Shown: positions 27,854 through 39,719 of the stretch, in pieces
How the letters are laid out: each line of letters begins with the position of its first letter
Position numbering within the stretch: position 1 is the first letter of the stretch
Assembly: GCA_964304625.1 (NCBI GenBank)
Contig: OZ199839.1
Location: 633,416-697,415, forward strand
Reading direction: 5' to 3'
Length of the DNA stretch: 64,000 bases
Source of the DNA: Kudoa neothunni
Taxonomy: Eukaryota; Animalia; Cnidaria
Made by a program: the position numbers and the translations under genes
The notes under the pieces: model-generated
What the model saw: the letters and a program-made list of their open reading frames with translations, nothing else
What the model was told of the DNA's origin: nothing
Database searches by the model: none

Positions 27854-29839
27854 TTAATCTCTTTTGAAGAAAATTAGCTGCACTATCGATAATATGATGG
27901 AGATGACAAGGAGGGCAATTCCAACTGCAATAATAGTTTGAGCCATACCCCTCGTGAATATTAGCACTCTAACGAATATTTCAGCATTTTGCAAATTTTT
28001 ATGATCAATATTGTAGTATTTATTGATTAAGGCCAGCGGAATCACAAGCAAAATAACTAAAAAAAGTTACGTAGGTTAAAAATTAATATATTTACATGCC
28101 ACGACTTCTAGAATAATTATAATAATAATGAACAACTTGTTATCAACAAAACCAACCAATACAGCCAGCACCAATGCACACATTAGAATTAGAACTCCAA
28201 ATACAGGAGCAACTCTTATAAAGTTTGAGACTGGAGAGGCTCCTTTTCCTACGAAAATACTTTATAATTAATCATTCATAGAGTAGATACTACTTAAACC
28301 TTTGAACGATTCACCTGTTATTAGAAACTTTGAATAAACTATATAAATTTAACAATTTAATAACTATTTTGGTTAATATACCAATATCGGTAGAGTTATC
28401 TGGTTTTTCTAAATAAAATTTAGCTGATTTCAATCATTTATAACTAACCTTGGGGAAATTCATTTGAAATGTATCCAAACAAAGAATCTAAAATTTTATT
28501 TCCGTAAAAATTCTACTTCACATGATTTTAAATGAATGTTTTTAAATCATTCATGAAACTTGATTAGTAATTCATCATACCCTCAAGTGTAAGGTTCACT
28601 TTGGTGTCATTTCCTTTTAACATTTGCCAATCATCTATATCTGTGTGAAGCTCGGCTAAAACAGCCCCATGTTCAATAATTTTTCCAAAATTTTCATCAG
28701 AATAGAAGGGTTCACTGACAACATCATTATTGGTAGAGGTAGGATCGGTTCCAGAATTATTCGGGTCGGTATTTGTATCTACCCCACTTTCAGTATCTTC
28801 GTTCACGACTTCAGTGTTAGGAGACTCTTCCGAAGTCCCGGTGTTAGAAGGCTCACTTGGTTTTTCATCGGTGTTAGAAGACTCATCTGGTTTTTCATCG
28901 ATGTTAGAAGACTCATCTAGTTTTTCATCGGTGTTAGAAGACTCATCTGGTTTTTCATCGGTGTTAGAAGACTCATCTAGTTTTTCATCGGTATTAGAAG
29001 ACTCATCAGGTTTTTCATCGGTAGCGGATGAGTCCTCGCTTGGACTTGCGGTGGTAGCGGCAGTCTTCTCTGTTTCATTTTTCTTCGATATAAGCTTAGT
29101 AGTAATCGAATCTATAAAAGGTTAAATTAGAATAAGGAACAAAGATACATGTTGAAAGATAGGAATAGCTTGTATGGCATAGTCCAATATCATCGGGGAA
29201 GGGATCAGGGTATTTGGCGAGATCCTTGAATGGTATGTCATTGGCTTCCAATAAAATGGCTTCAATAGCTGCTTCTTTTACATTATATTTTTCTAAATCG
29301 GCTTCATTAGTAGGTTTTTTTAATTTGGTCGTATTTCCAAGTTTTTGGAAAAATTCGTCAACAGTCTCTGAGATAAATGCAGTTTTCAGAAACGATTTGT
29401 CATATTCTATTTTGAAAACTTCAAAATATTCTTTTACATCCTCTAACTCAAGCATCGCTAAGTTTTTTATCAAGTTTTCATTAGCATTCGTCATATTTCC
29501 AATTGTTTGATTGGTATAGAAGAACCATGTTTCATGAAAAGATTTTTCTGGTACTTTAATACCCTTGGCTCCCGTGATTTTGGGGAAGAAAACTATCGAA
29601 AGCCATACGCCGTAATGTGATTCCTTTCCGAGTAGATTTGAAGCTGTAAATCTTGCCGAATGAAACTTTGAAATGTTAAACAAACATCCAGTATGTATTC
29701 CACCAACATAGAGGTAGAATTTGTTCCCCAATAACATATAGGCTCGAACATTATTGTCTGAAGCATAGCCAACAATAAACAGAATTATCTCTATCCCCAA
29801 TAGTAGGGTAGTAATAACCATGAAGACAAACTTTAACAT
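27854..29839 (-). CDS. Four-pass membrane protein with claudin/PMP22-like topology and a very large first loop containing an acidic 10-aa repeat (about 550 aa; may extend 5' to about 30068)
   Basis: N-terminal TM (FVFMVITTLLLGIEIILFIVGYAS). Exon 29149-29839, a repeat exon ~28580-29111, and several mini-exons. Then three C-terminal TMs: VAPVFGVLILMCALVLAVLVGFV, LFIIIIILEVVA-LVIPLALI, AQTIIAVGIALLVISIILSIVQLIFF. Confidence 0.7.
28841..29030 (-). repeat. Coding 30-bp tandem repeat, about 6.5 units, encoding TDEK(P/L)DESSN
   Basis: Unit TTTTTCATCGGTGTTAGAAGACTCATCT(G/A)G on the + strand. Confidence 0.95.
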
Positions 29840-32253
29840 CTTTAACTCTTAGCGACACACAAACAGTATCTCAACAACCAATATTATCCTAAGGAATAGC
29901 GAAACACGACTATTAGCAGACTGTGGTATTAAGGGTTTGACTTTACTCTTGTGTAATAGAGTTTTAAATAACATCTACATTATTTTCAACATCCACATAG
30001 ATATAATGATGCGACACCTTATCCTTTTTCCTTTGAAGAAAGTATAATTTTTTGACTTTCTTATTCATATAAACAGATTTTAAATAATTTTAGAAGATCA
30101 AATCCTTCTTAGTACATAGAATATAACCAAATTTAGATCAATTTTTAGCAGGTTTTACAATATTTTGAAAACAAAATGCGCTATTTGATCTGGTTACAAA
30201 TGGATATATTTGATTATAATTTTTACTCCCATTAATTTCTACTTTTAGCCATCTCATGTTTAATTAAAATGGTAATCACACGAAATGATTTTAATAATAG
30301 CTTACAAGTCTACAGAATAACTTATCATTTTCCTATAGATACATATGATGCCCACCATTCGATTAAACCTTGGGAGAAAATTCTCGTTTTCACCAGATAT
30401 TTACTTAATTATAAACATGGTAATAAGTTTGTTTTTTAATTCACCGGGGATGTGTCAACATTTAAACAAAATGTGGATCTACCTAATCCTGGAATAATCC
30501 AAATTGTAGAGAGGTTTCATTCTTAAAATAATATAATTAGTTACTTCATGCCATTTTAAATAATTTTATAAAGATGGATTGTGGAAAATTATCACTTTTT
30601 CTTCGACATCACTCATTTTTATATAATTAACACAAATAAAAATTCTTGATCATTGTAGCTTACATATAGAATTTGAATTCTTTAATGCACAAACAATAAC
30701 CCCTATCTAATTTCTAATCGAGATTCTTCAACATGTTTTAACGCAAAATATCGATCTAAAGCGTGGAATACTTCGTTCTATGTTGAAGTAACTTGGTGAT
30801 AATAATTTTTTGAATTTGTTGATAAAAAATATTACAAGGATATTGTATTAATAAGATCCTATTTATTATTTGTATATATTTCTTTGATATGCGAATTCCT
30901 TTGTTTAAGGGTGTTATAGTTTCTTATTACGAAACTCCCTCCCTCGTGAGAACTGTGCAACAGAAGGTAAGTTATGTTAATGGTATTAAAATGCAAGCCA
31001 GATTAGAAACAACAAATGGAGCATATTTCTTGTTAATCATCTTATTTTAATTCTGAAACTAATCTCATGAAATGAGGACAAGTTGGTTGACATCTCTTCA
31101 TAGTTATTCGCATAATGATTAGAAGCTTCGGCCCAAATATTCTTAATTTTTATTTGAAATGGGTCGATAAACCAGAGCATGATATTTAAACAAATTTTGG
31201 ATGATAAATTATTTTTTACGATTTATTACAGATTATTGTTTTTCACGTACTTTGTCATGTAACAATAAATAAATTTGTTCAGTTAATTTATATTATTTTT
31301 TGTAGATTCTTATTGATTAACTTTCGATCTATGTTTGTAACTGCTAAGAAAAATTTGTAATTAACACATTGTCTAATAACTGAAAGATACAAAGTATTAT
31401 TTTGAGCGATAAATTTAAATAAAGGGTAGGTATGTAGTTTACAAAATAATAACTCATTGTCAGATATCCATCTTTTCTTCATATCTCACTATTTAACGTA
31501 AAAATATTGTAAAAATTAAAGGTTATAAAGTAAAGTAAACAATGAGTATTGTGCACATTTATGGGAAATAGGAAAAAAGTTACACAATACACATTCTGTG
31601 CGCAATATCCATCGAATTGTGTACTCCGTAAGAATAAAATTCAGTTATTATCCATAAAATAAGCTAATTAACTATTCTAGTTAAACAGTCTGTTTTATGA
31701 ACGCCTTTATTGTCAACTGTGATAATTTTAGATATTCCATCAGTCACTGGGTAGAAATCATTCAATTCGTCTGTATCTTTCAAGTAGAACGCCCGATGTG
31801 TTTATCAGAGGATATTTTTCAGTTGTCCCGTATTTAACGCATACTTGATCCGATCATCTTTATTAATATTTTTAATATTTTGGTCATTTTCAATTTAAAT
31901 TGATTTAAATTTTTTGTTTGTTTTTAATATTTATCATTATAATTATAATGATGCTTTCGGTATTTAGAACAATGCGAATTACAATACTAAAATTTTATAC
32001 TTTTTTAAATTAAACATTATTTTCAAAAATTAATGACTTTTTTTAGTTCGTAAATTTTTTTAGAGCTAAAGTATCCTCAAATTCAAGAGGTATACAATTA
32101 ATAATTGAAAATATTTACCAACGGATTTTTAAAACCATTATATTTCCAAATTCTAATGACGTAAATCTTTGCTTCATTAGTAATAAAAATGTAATACAAA
32201 TAATGAAATTATGTTAAAAGAGCTCGTTTTCTTCGTATTAACCAAACAGAGTA

Positions 32254-34217
32254 CAGTCGAAATTGGATATTGTGTGGCTTTTTGCTGGTTCTAAAAACCC
32301 AAGCGATAAAAAGTTTTTACGCAATATTTACTTTCATGAATGCGCATCACACTGTAAAGTACGATTTTCTTGTGTTTACTTTTGATGATTATTCCTACAA
32401 ACAAACTTTGTTAAAACGCAGATAACATAGAATTCAATTAAGGAAGGATTATTAAATTTTGTCAAAAAATCTTGTGATTTTTGTGTCGAAATCTTTCTAT
32501 CGATATTTTTTAAATTCTGTCCATTGTGGGATATAAATCAAACAATCCAGATGGAGTCCCTTGAGTTAAAACTTTCTTTAAAATGTTAACCATATTTTTT
32601 ATTTATTTTATTAAAATTTTGACTTCTTTAATAATTGGTTCGATATCATCAGATTAACCGTTGTGGACAATAAGTCCGCATGATTTTGATTCTAACATGT
32701 TGCAGCATTATTATCGTCAAATATATTTTCGTAAACTTCGAATTCATTTAATACGATTAATTATGTATACATAAAATACTACCTTTTGAACTGTTTCTAG
32801 CTCGGGATATCTTTCTTAAATTTTCTTATTTTATAAACTGATTCAACTTTTTTATTACAGTTTTATATATTACTACCAAGCATTTTTGATTTTTAAAACA
32901 ATTAAATATAATTTCTGGCGTAATACTCTCCCAACGTTTAATTAATGGCACGATTGAGTTTAGTAATGTTTTTTTTCGATGATAAAAGTTTCACATAAAA
33001 CCGTGTGCTTAGTCAGTGTATTCCTGTCTTACTTTTTAATGCATTTGATGATGCTTAAATTAAAGGTCGTAGAATATTAGTTGTTTTCTTCGTAGAAAAA
33101 AATTTAGATATTTTAAAAAAATCAATATTTTTGGGATGAAAAGGATACTGATCCAACAAAATTAAAACTTTTCTGTTCTCATCTATCATTCTTTGGTTCA
33201 ACTTTCTTATTATGTTTATAAATCTACTACACATCATCCGTGTGTTTTTTGAATAATATTCACGCGGTAGATGTTTAACTCAGTTGAAAAATTCAGGATT
33301 TTGAAATTTACCAATTAAAACCGATGGGAGTTTACCACTATTTACAAAAAAAAGTGACAGTAAAATATTCACTCTTTTTTGGATATTTTTCGCCATTATT
33401 CCAACTTAATCCTTTAAAACATAACAAACGTTTTGTAACTGCTCACAAAAGAAGGAGAGTTTTACCAATGTTTATAACGTCTTTAAGACTATATGACTTA
33501 ACCAAATTAGTGTTTTCAACAGGCCATGAGTCAATTGATGAAATATCTGTATTCTCAGCCTCATCATGAAACATTTTGAAAACTATCCCATATTTTGACG
33601 TGGAATCTGAAAACCACCCTTAACTAGACTTTAAATTGGAGATTTCTTGTTTATTTGCAATTTATATAGCAACTTCGATAATAACAAATCTCAGCAGAAC
33701 ATTATCATTCGACCATTGTATAACGAGCCAAACAAACAGCTCGCCATCTATATTTTTAATTTTCCCGAGAAATGTGTCCTCCTTTTAGTTTTAATATCCG
33801 TATTTTTGAATTTACCATCGTTAAAGAATTCCATCAATTTTTAAATGACCTTAAACGTGACAATGTATTAATATTCAACATAGATCACCATATCACTCAA
33901 TTTAAACTTAGAAATTGTCATTTTTTCGACAACTTTCAATATCTTTATCGAATTATAATAATCAATGATTTCTCTTTTCTCTTAACTATTACGTTTTTAA
34001 CGGGACATAATAAAAACATTTCTATTTTTAAATTGATGGGTTACTAAAATCACGCAATACGCAATAACGAGACTTTATATATAAATAAAAAAAATTATTT
34101 TTTAGTGTTGACAATGTTTACAAAAGAATTAGATAATAACAATACCAAAAGACTAGATTTCTCTCTAAAAAGAATAACGTCGAAATTTTGGAATTACGCA
34201 GTATCCAATCTCGATTG
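32254..34217 (-). mobile_element. pogo/Tigger-like (Tc1/mariner) transposon with pseudogenised transposase
   Basis: TA|CAGTCGAAATTGGATATTG ... CAGTATCCAATCTCGATTG|TA. DDE_1-like remnant ENRKVLILLDQYPFHP...TTNILRPL. Confidence 0.88.
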
Positions 34218-35562
34218 TATTTAATTTATCAAAGATCTTTGTTATAAATACTTAATGTTTAGTTGTATAAAAGTTAATTTGTTGGCAATCGATTAGCATT
34301 CCTAAGTAATTCATTGTTTATATGAAATTTCAATATTACAGCTTCTAATTAATAAAAAATAGGGAATTCCATTGGTATTAGCATGAAATATAACGAAAAA
34401 CTTGTTCGTTTCCTGTAATAATTGTCCTTATTTTTTTTGTAAATCTTTATTTAACAAGTGACCATGTATTTTTAGATCATTATTGGGAGGTTGGTGATGT
34501 GTTAAAGAGGAGTAAGATCAACATTCTGCCAAATATGATCGTTAGATCGCACGGGCACAAAACAGAATCAAAGAAATACTTCGAAATTAATGTGCTAAAT
34601 GATTATTTAAAAAAACGTTATATATTTTATTCTATTGTCTATTACATCATTTCAATATTTCGTGTAAATTTTAGTGATTATAATTTTATTTTCTTGCGTC
34701 AATATATGTCTCTGGAAAAAATTAGAAAAATGGCTATTATTGTTCAATAAATATTGAAAGCTGTTGATAAGATTATATCGAAATGCCATCCCATCACGTA
34801 TACTTTGTTTATCATCGATTTAGTCAATTATATTCGAATCCCATTGTTACATTAATATAAGAAAAAGATCTGTATGGAGAAATTAAATCCACATTTGTCT
34901 ACTAATAATATATAAATTAAATCTACATTAATAGAATTATCTACTTTTAATAGTCATAGTAAATACAATAAAAACATTTTTTAACTCATTTAAAATTCGG
35001 GATTTAGCATTCCGAAACTGCGTAGCGATTCAACAGATGGTTAATAGTCGTATTTTATATGGTTTATCTATCCTTAATTGATGTTGTTGCATTATACTGA
35101 AATATATTTAATCAGCCGAAAAAATTAAAGCGTGCTATTTTGAGGGAGACGGTGGAAGCATCGTATCAACCTTTATTGGATAAAAATTTAAAAAGAAAGG
35201 TTTTATAAATAAAAAAGTTCCCAGGGATAATTAATTGAGTGAATTTACCCAGCATCCCTAAACAAGAGCGCTGTAGCCTCCATCTTCTTAAAAAAGACAA
35301 TTAAATCATCTAACCAAGGTTCTAAATATTTTTGTTATTTAATGCTAGTCTCTATTTTTATTTGAAAGTTACTCTCAATAATTAAGTCGAACAGTACCAA
35401 CGTAGATTATGTTTTAGGAGAGATGTAAACACATTCCAAATTCTATCGATTGAATTTATTATAAATCCACAATTATTATGTTTTGAGAAGATTTAAGCAA
35501 AACAAATGTGGAGTTTTTTCCCTCAAGCTCGTTAAAGGATGGAATTTTTCGTCAGTTTAGAA

Positions 35563-35921
35563 TAGGTGTTCTCAAACGTTTTTAAAATTTATCCCTCCTA
35601 AACTTGGAAACTAAATTCAAATCTAATTCAAGTTACACACTTATTTGCGTATTATTAGGTTACATTTCCAAAAGACAAATGAGCCATAAATGAAAGAGAA
35701 TGGTATTGTTTTACAAATAGTTGTTAAATACCTATTCCTAAAAACATTATAAGCATTTCTACGAACATTTTCATTGAATTAAATAGATCTGAATAATATA
35801 AATTATCGGAAATCCTCAAATACGTAACAAACCGCATTATACGAAATTGCCCTTATCCAATTTTGATGTCACTTAATTTGCCACGTGTTATCTAGAATTA
35901 ACCCTAAGTTTAGAACCCCTG
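35563..35921. mobile_element. hAT MITE
   Basis: TAGGTGTTCTCAAAC ... GTTTAGAACCCCTG; TSD GTTTAGAA/GTTTAGAG. A homologous fragment lies at about 51105-51322. Confidence 0.75.
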
Positions 35922-36460
35922 GTTTAGAGGGTTAATAAAAAAATAATCCAGATTCCATTTTCTTTAAATGTATGGCTTTAAACAACAATTTTACGTTTTC
36001 TTTCTTTTTCTGACATTGACTTAAATTGAAAGGTATTTGTTTTAATAAATATCTGTAGAAAAATGAATACAAACCATACCAAAACGCGTTACACTTACGA
36101 AGACTCTTGTTTGATGAGTTATATCCAACATTTATTTACCTATTTCCTATTTAAATAATAATAATAATAATAATATAAATGTTTTTTACGTATGTAGTCA
36201 TACATTGTTTATATAAATATATTTACTGATCATTAATATTTTCCTAATATAATTCAAAAAAGACGATATTGGTTATCTTTTGGATATTAATTAAGAATTA
36301 TGATTTTTTCAAACAGAAAAGTCGTAGTTCATTAATCTAATTTTAATTTTATAGATATAGATGATAATGAGGAGTTCACTTGCCGAGTTTTAAATTTTAC
36401 ATCATGTTATATCAGCCATCATTGAGATGTATATACACAACTTCGTAAAATATTGAACAC

Positions 36461-36735
36461 CCGTGTTTCCCAACGTGGGCGTGAAAACAAATGGGGGGGG
36501 GGGGCATGGAAATTGTTAAATGTTTAATGAATCGCTCCGGTTGGACGCGGAAAATCCTGGGTATTGGTGTGACACGGATAATGATGAGATAATTGAACAG
36601 TGCGATGTACTTTGAAATCCGTATCGTTAATTTTCAAGTGATGATTAACATCACAACAATTTTTTATAAAGGTGAGAAACGGCACTTTTTCTTCTGGGAA
36701 AAGTGGCGCGCGATACAAAAAGGTTGGGAAACCTG
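36461..36735. mobile_element. hAT MITE, a shorter inverted relative of 7566-8266
   Basis: CCGTGTTTCCCAAC ... GTTGGGAAACCTG; TSD TTGAACAC/TTGTACAC. The reverse complement of 36461-36600 aligns to 8130-8266. Confidence 0.82.
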
Positions 36736-37287
36736 TTGTACACAATACTAGCAAATATCAAAAGAACGTGTTTACTGTTTACTGCTTATAATTTTGAATT
36801 TCTAATATCCAAACAATTAAACTCAGCCTGATAAAAATAAAGCTAATCAATCGGCTGAATAAATTTACCTTATGGGATTAAATAATTAAGGAATCAACAC
36901 TATCAGAAGCATGGGGAACCAAAAAAATATAAAAATTATCTTTTCGTTCCTGGCGTTTTCAGTCAAAATCCTGCTATATTGGTACATGCATTCTCTCATT
37001 TTTTTATGACTATATTAAAATGTAAACAAGAAGTTTTAATCAACACTCATCTAATCTACCAAGCGCACTTGCGAAGTATTTTGCTGGCGAACTCAAAACG
37101 ACCCACCAGAGTTCCGTCTGCGCATGCGACTTTAACGAAATACACTACCTAGAGGAATGATTGCATTATTATTAGGCCGTGCCGTGCCGTACCGCATCTA
37201 GTTGTCAGCTGTAGCCTACGATACCACCCACTCACAGCCATGTATGCAAAATACGCCGCAACCGCGGAATTTTTACTGATTAATCGC

Positions 37288-37445
37288 CCGGCTCCGCGCG
37301 CACGCAGAGCTCGCTAACAAAAATTATACGCCCCAGTTACCCATATCGGATAATGGCGGAGGTTAGCAGACGCATAGTGCAAGGCGCAGCCTCGCCCCGG
37401 ACGCAGTCTATACATGATCAAACCACGCCTGCATCAAGTAAGTGA
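37288..37445 (-). ncRNA. RNU1: Variant U1 snRNA (5' arm UCACUUACUUGA)
   Basis: SL1 with loop GAUCAUGUAU, SL2 loop CUUGCACUAU, SL3, Sm site AAUUUUUG and SL4 GCUCUGCGUGCGCGCGGAGC. Colinear with the copy at 37801. Confidence 0.9.
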
Positions 37446-37500
37446 ATAGCGAGGCGTCCGCATTGCATTAATACCGTAGTAGCCGAACACACCTTCGTTT

Positions 37501-37514
37501 ATAATGACGTCACA
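37501..37514 (-). promoter_or_regulatory. Candidate snRNA proximal sequence element TGTGACGTCATTAT of the variant U1 (-69 to -56)
   Basis: Identical 14-mer at an identical distance upstream of both U1 genes. Confidence 0.65.
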
Positions 37515-37731
37515 ATGTTGATATGGAGAGCAAATCAATTAGGTAGAGATTTGAGAACATGAACAAACTAAAATTATATTTTTTCATTTAAGATAAAATT
37601 GTCCAAAAATTAATTGAAATTTTTTAAATAAATGGATAACTATAGAAATTTTTAAAATTGTTAGCAAATGTAAAAATGATTTTCCAATAAAATTTGTAGG
37701 AATCAAGTTAGAATAAATAGATTCTGCAGTC

Positions 37732-37745
37732 TGTGACGTCATTAT
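37732..37745 (+). promoter_or_regulatory. Candidate snRNA proximal sequence element TGTGACGTCATTAT of the canonical U1 (-69 to -56)
   Basis: Same 14-mer and spacing as at 37501-37514; the position matches metazoan PSEs. Confidence 0.65.
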
Positions 37746-37800
37746 GAAAAATATCGAGAACGCTCGTGTAGCATTAAAAACTTCGGATGCGCTTGCTCGT

Positions 37801-37959
37801 TTACTTACCTGACGCAGGGAGTGTGGCGATCAAGCATTCTACCTCCCCGGGGCGAGGCATCGCCTTGCACCATGCGTTTGCTGACCTCTGTGATTGTCCA
37901 AAATTGGGCAACTCGGGCGTGTAATTTTTGTTAGCTGGTTCTGCGTGCGCGCGGAGCCA
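37801..37959 (+). ncRNA. RNU1: U1 snRNA (canonical arm ACUUACCUG)
   Basis: TTACTTACCTG...GATCA...GGGCGAGG...TTGCAC...GCTGACC...AACTCG...TAATTTTTG...CTGCGTGCGCGCGG, colinear with metazoan U1. Confidence 0.95.
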
Positions 37960-39719
37960 TGGAATTTAACCAGCAAAAAATTTTTCGTACCACTTTTAAC
38001 TTACTTTTTCTGCTCGTGTGGTATCGTCGTTTGTTTGCAAGTAGGTGTAAGCTATAGCTGGTGACCAATTTAATTTATTTGTTCGGTGTTTTGTTGAGTC
38101 TTTTTGCTAAAAGACATCGTACGTGTGCCAACTTGGTGCTCACGGGGAAGCGTCCGACGGATGTCAGCGATTGTTTCGCTTGTGTATAAAATCAGAATAT
38201 CTCCATAGAGAGTTTATTTATTTAAATACCTTCTCCTAAACAAATAATTTGATATGTATTCTGCCGGGCATTGTGTATTTTTGTGGGTTTTCGGTACTTG
38301 TGTGTAAAAGCACCCAAAATAAATTAAATTCGGTGGGTATAACGCCCCCATTTGAAGCAAACCTTCGTTTAATAAGAATTTTATCATGCGCGAAGTGTAA
38401 ACTTCCAAATTATTATATCCAAACAATAGCCACTCTGTGGCATGGAAACTCCTTCAGCATTATATATTACTAACACGGAAACCTGGCATATTTGTTCAGT
38501 ATTTCGGGAATAAATCTATTAAATAATTATTATTCAGATAAAGATAGACTGTGCATAATATTTTAGACAAATAAGAGCTTGAAAGGCAATAAAGTCAATG
38601 TTCGGGACATGTTGAGTCTAAAAACTTATTTCAATAAATCCCAAAACAGAAAATTGCATATAAAACTGTAGCTATTGCTCGAATTTTTTAATGGGCCGTA
38701 TGGATATCGTATCACTTAATCGTGGACGTAACAGTCATTACAAAGCTAATTTAGAAATAAACTAAAAACATTGATTGAAGTTTTGAAGGAAAACAATAAA
38801 TTAACTTTTCATTACATGGTTTTATGAAATGCATCATCACATTTCAACAAATTTCTTTCCTTGGCGTTTAATATTAAAATCTTAATGAATAATTATAATA
38901 GTTGAAGAATACAAGCAAAACTTATGATATTGTTTTTCTTGGTTCTGTCTTGGTCTTGCGAAATTATAGATCAGTCCTTGACATTGTCCCTTTTGAGTTT
39001 CACTTCTCCTCGCTCCCTTATCCAAAATTAATCATAATCATAATGTGGATTATGAGTTCCATTTGGACAAATAATCTCATAATAAGCCCTAGGCAGTCTT
39101 AATGGAAGATATATTTATTACAATAATAAAAGTTAATGATAAAAGAAAATAAAGTTTAAAAATCTTATTTTATTTATTATTTTTTCGATAATGGGGGAGT
39201 ATACACCCTACCAAAATCAGCCTTATTTCATTTTTATAACATCCCCGATGTTATAAAAATCACATTATACGTAATTTCAGAATATTGATAGTACCAACAA
39301 TTAGCAACTTTGCACATAAAATATTTTGTTAAATGTAGTTGGGCAAACTCGTCGCGTGCAAATCTATCAGCTCAACTAATTCTCTCGTAATTTTTCTTAA
39401 GATTAAGCCTTTAAAACCAATCAATAAGGCTTCCAGCACGTATATATTCTAAAATCTAATAATTTAGAATGATCTGTGACTCTATTTTTATCAACACCCC
39501 TGAAGAATAATGTTAGTCTTGTTTAATTTTATATAACTTGTCATCCAGATAGCAAGTTGAGTTTTTCTGGAAGTAAGAATCATATTTATACGGAGAAAAT
39601 TTTATCTACAATCTACACGACTAAAGATGATCAACGACAGTTTATTATTTAATTCTAAAAGTTGAATCTTTGATGAAATTTTTACTTGAAAAGAGTTTAA
39701 TTTATAGAATACCAAATAG

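Noticed and set aside
28841-29030. CRISPR-like regular repeat
   Set aside because: No spacers; it is an in-frame coding minisatellite in a eukaryotic gene.
28669-29510. Plus-strand ORFs with SSVLEDSSGF repeats
   Set aside because: Antisense shadows of the minus-strand membrane-protein exons.
30300-31200. Exon-like patches upstream of the tetraspan gene
   Set aside because: No coherent gene model or recognisable motif.
37288-37445. Interpretation as U11 snRNA or as a U1 pseudogene
   Set aside because: It lacks the U11 5' arm and is colinear with U1. Compensatory stem changes and the retained promoter and Sm site argue against simple decay.
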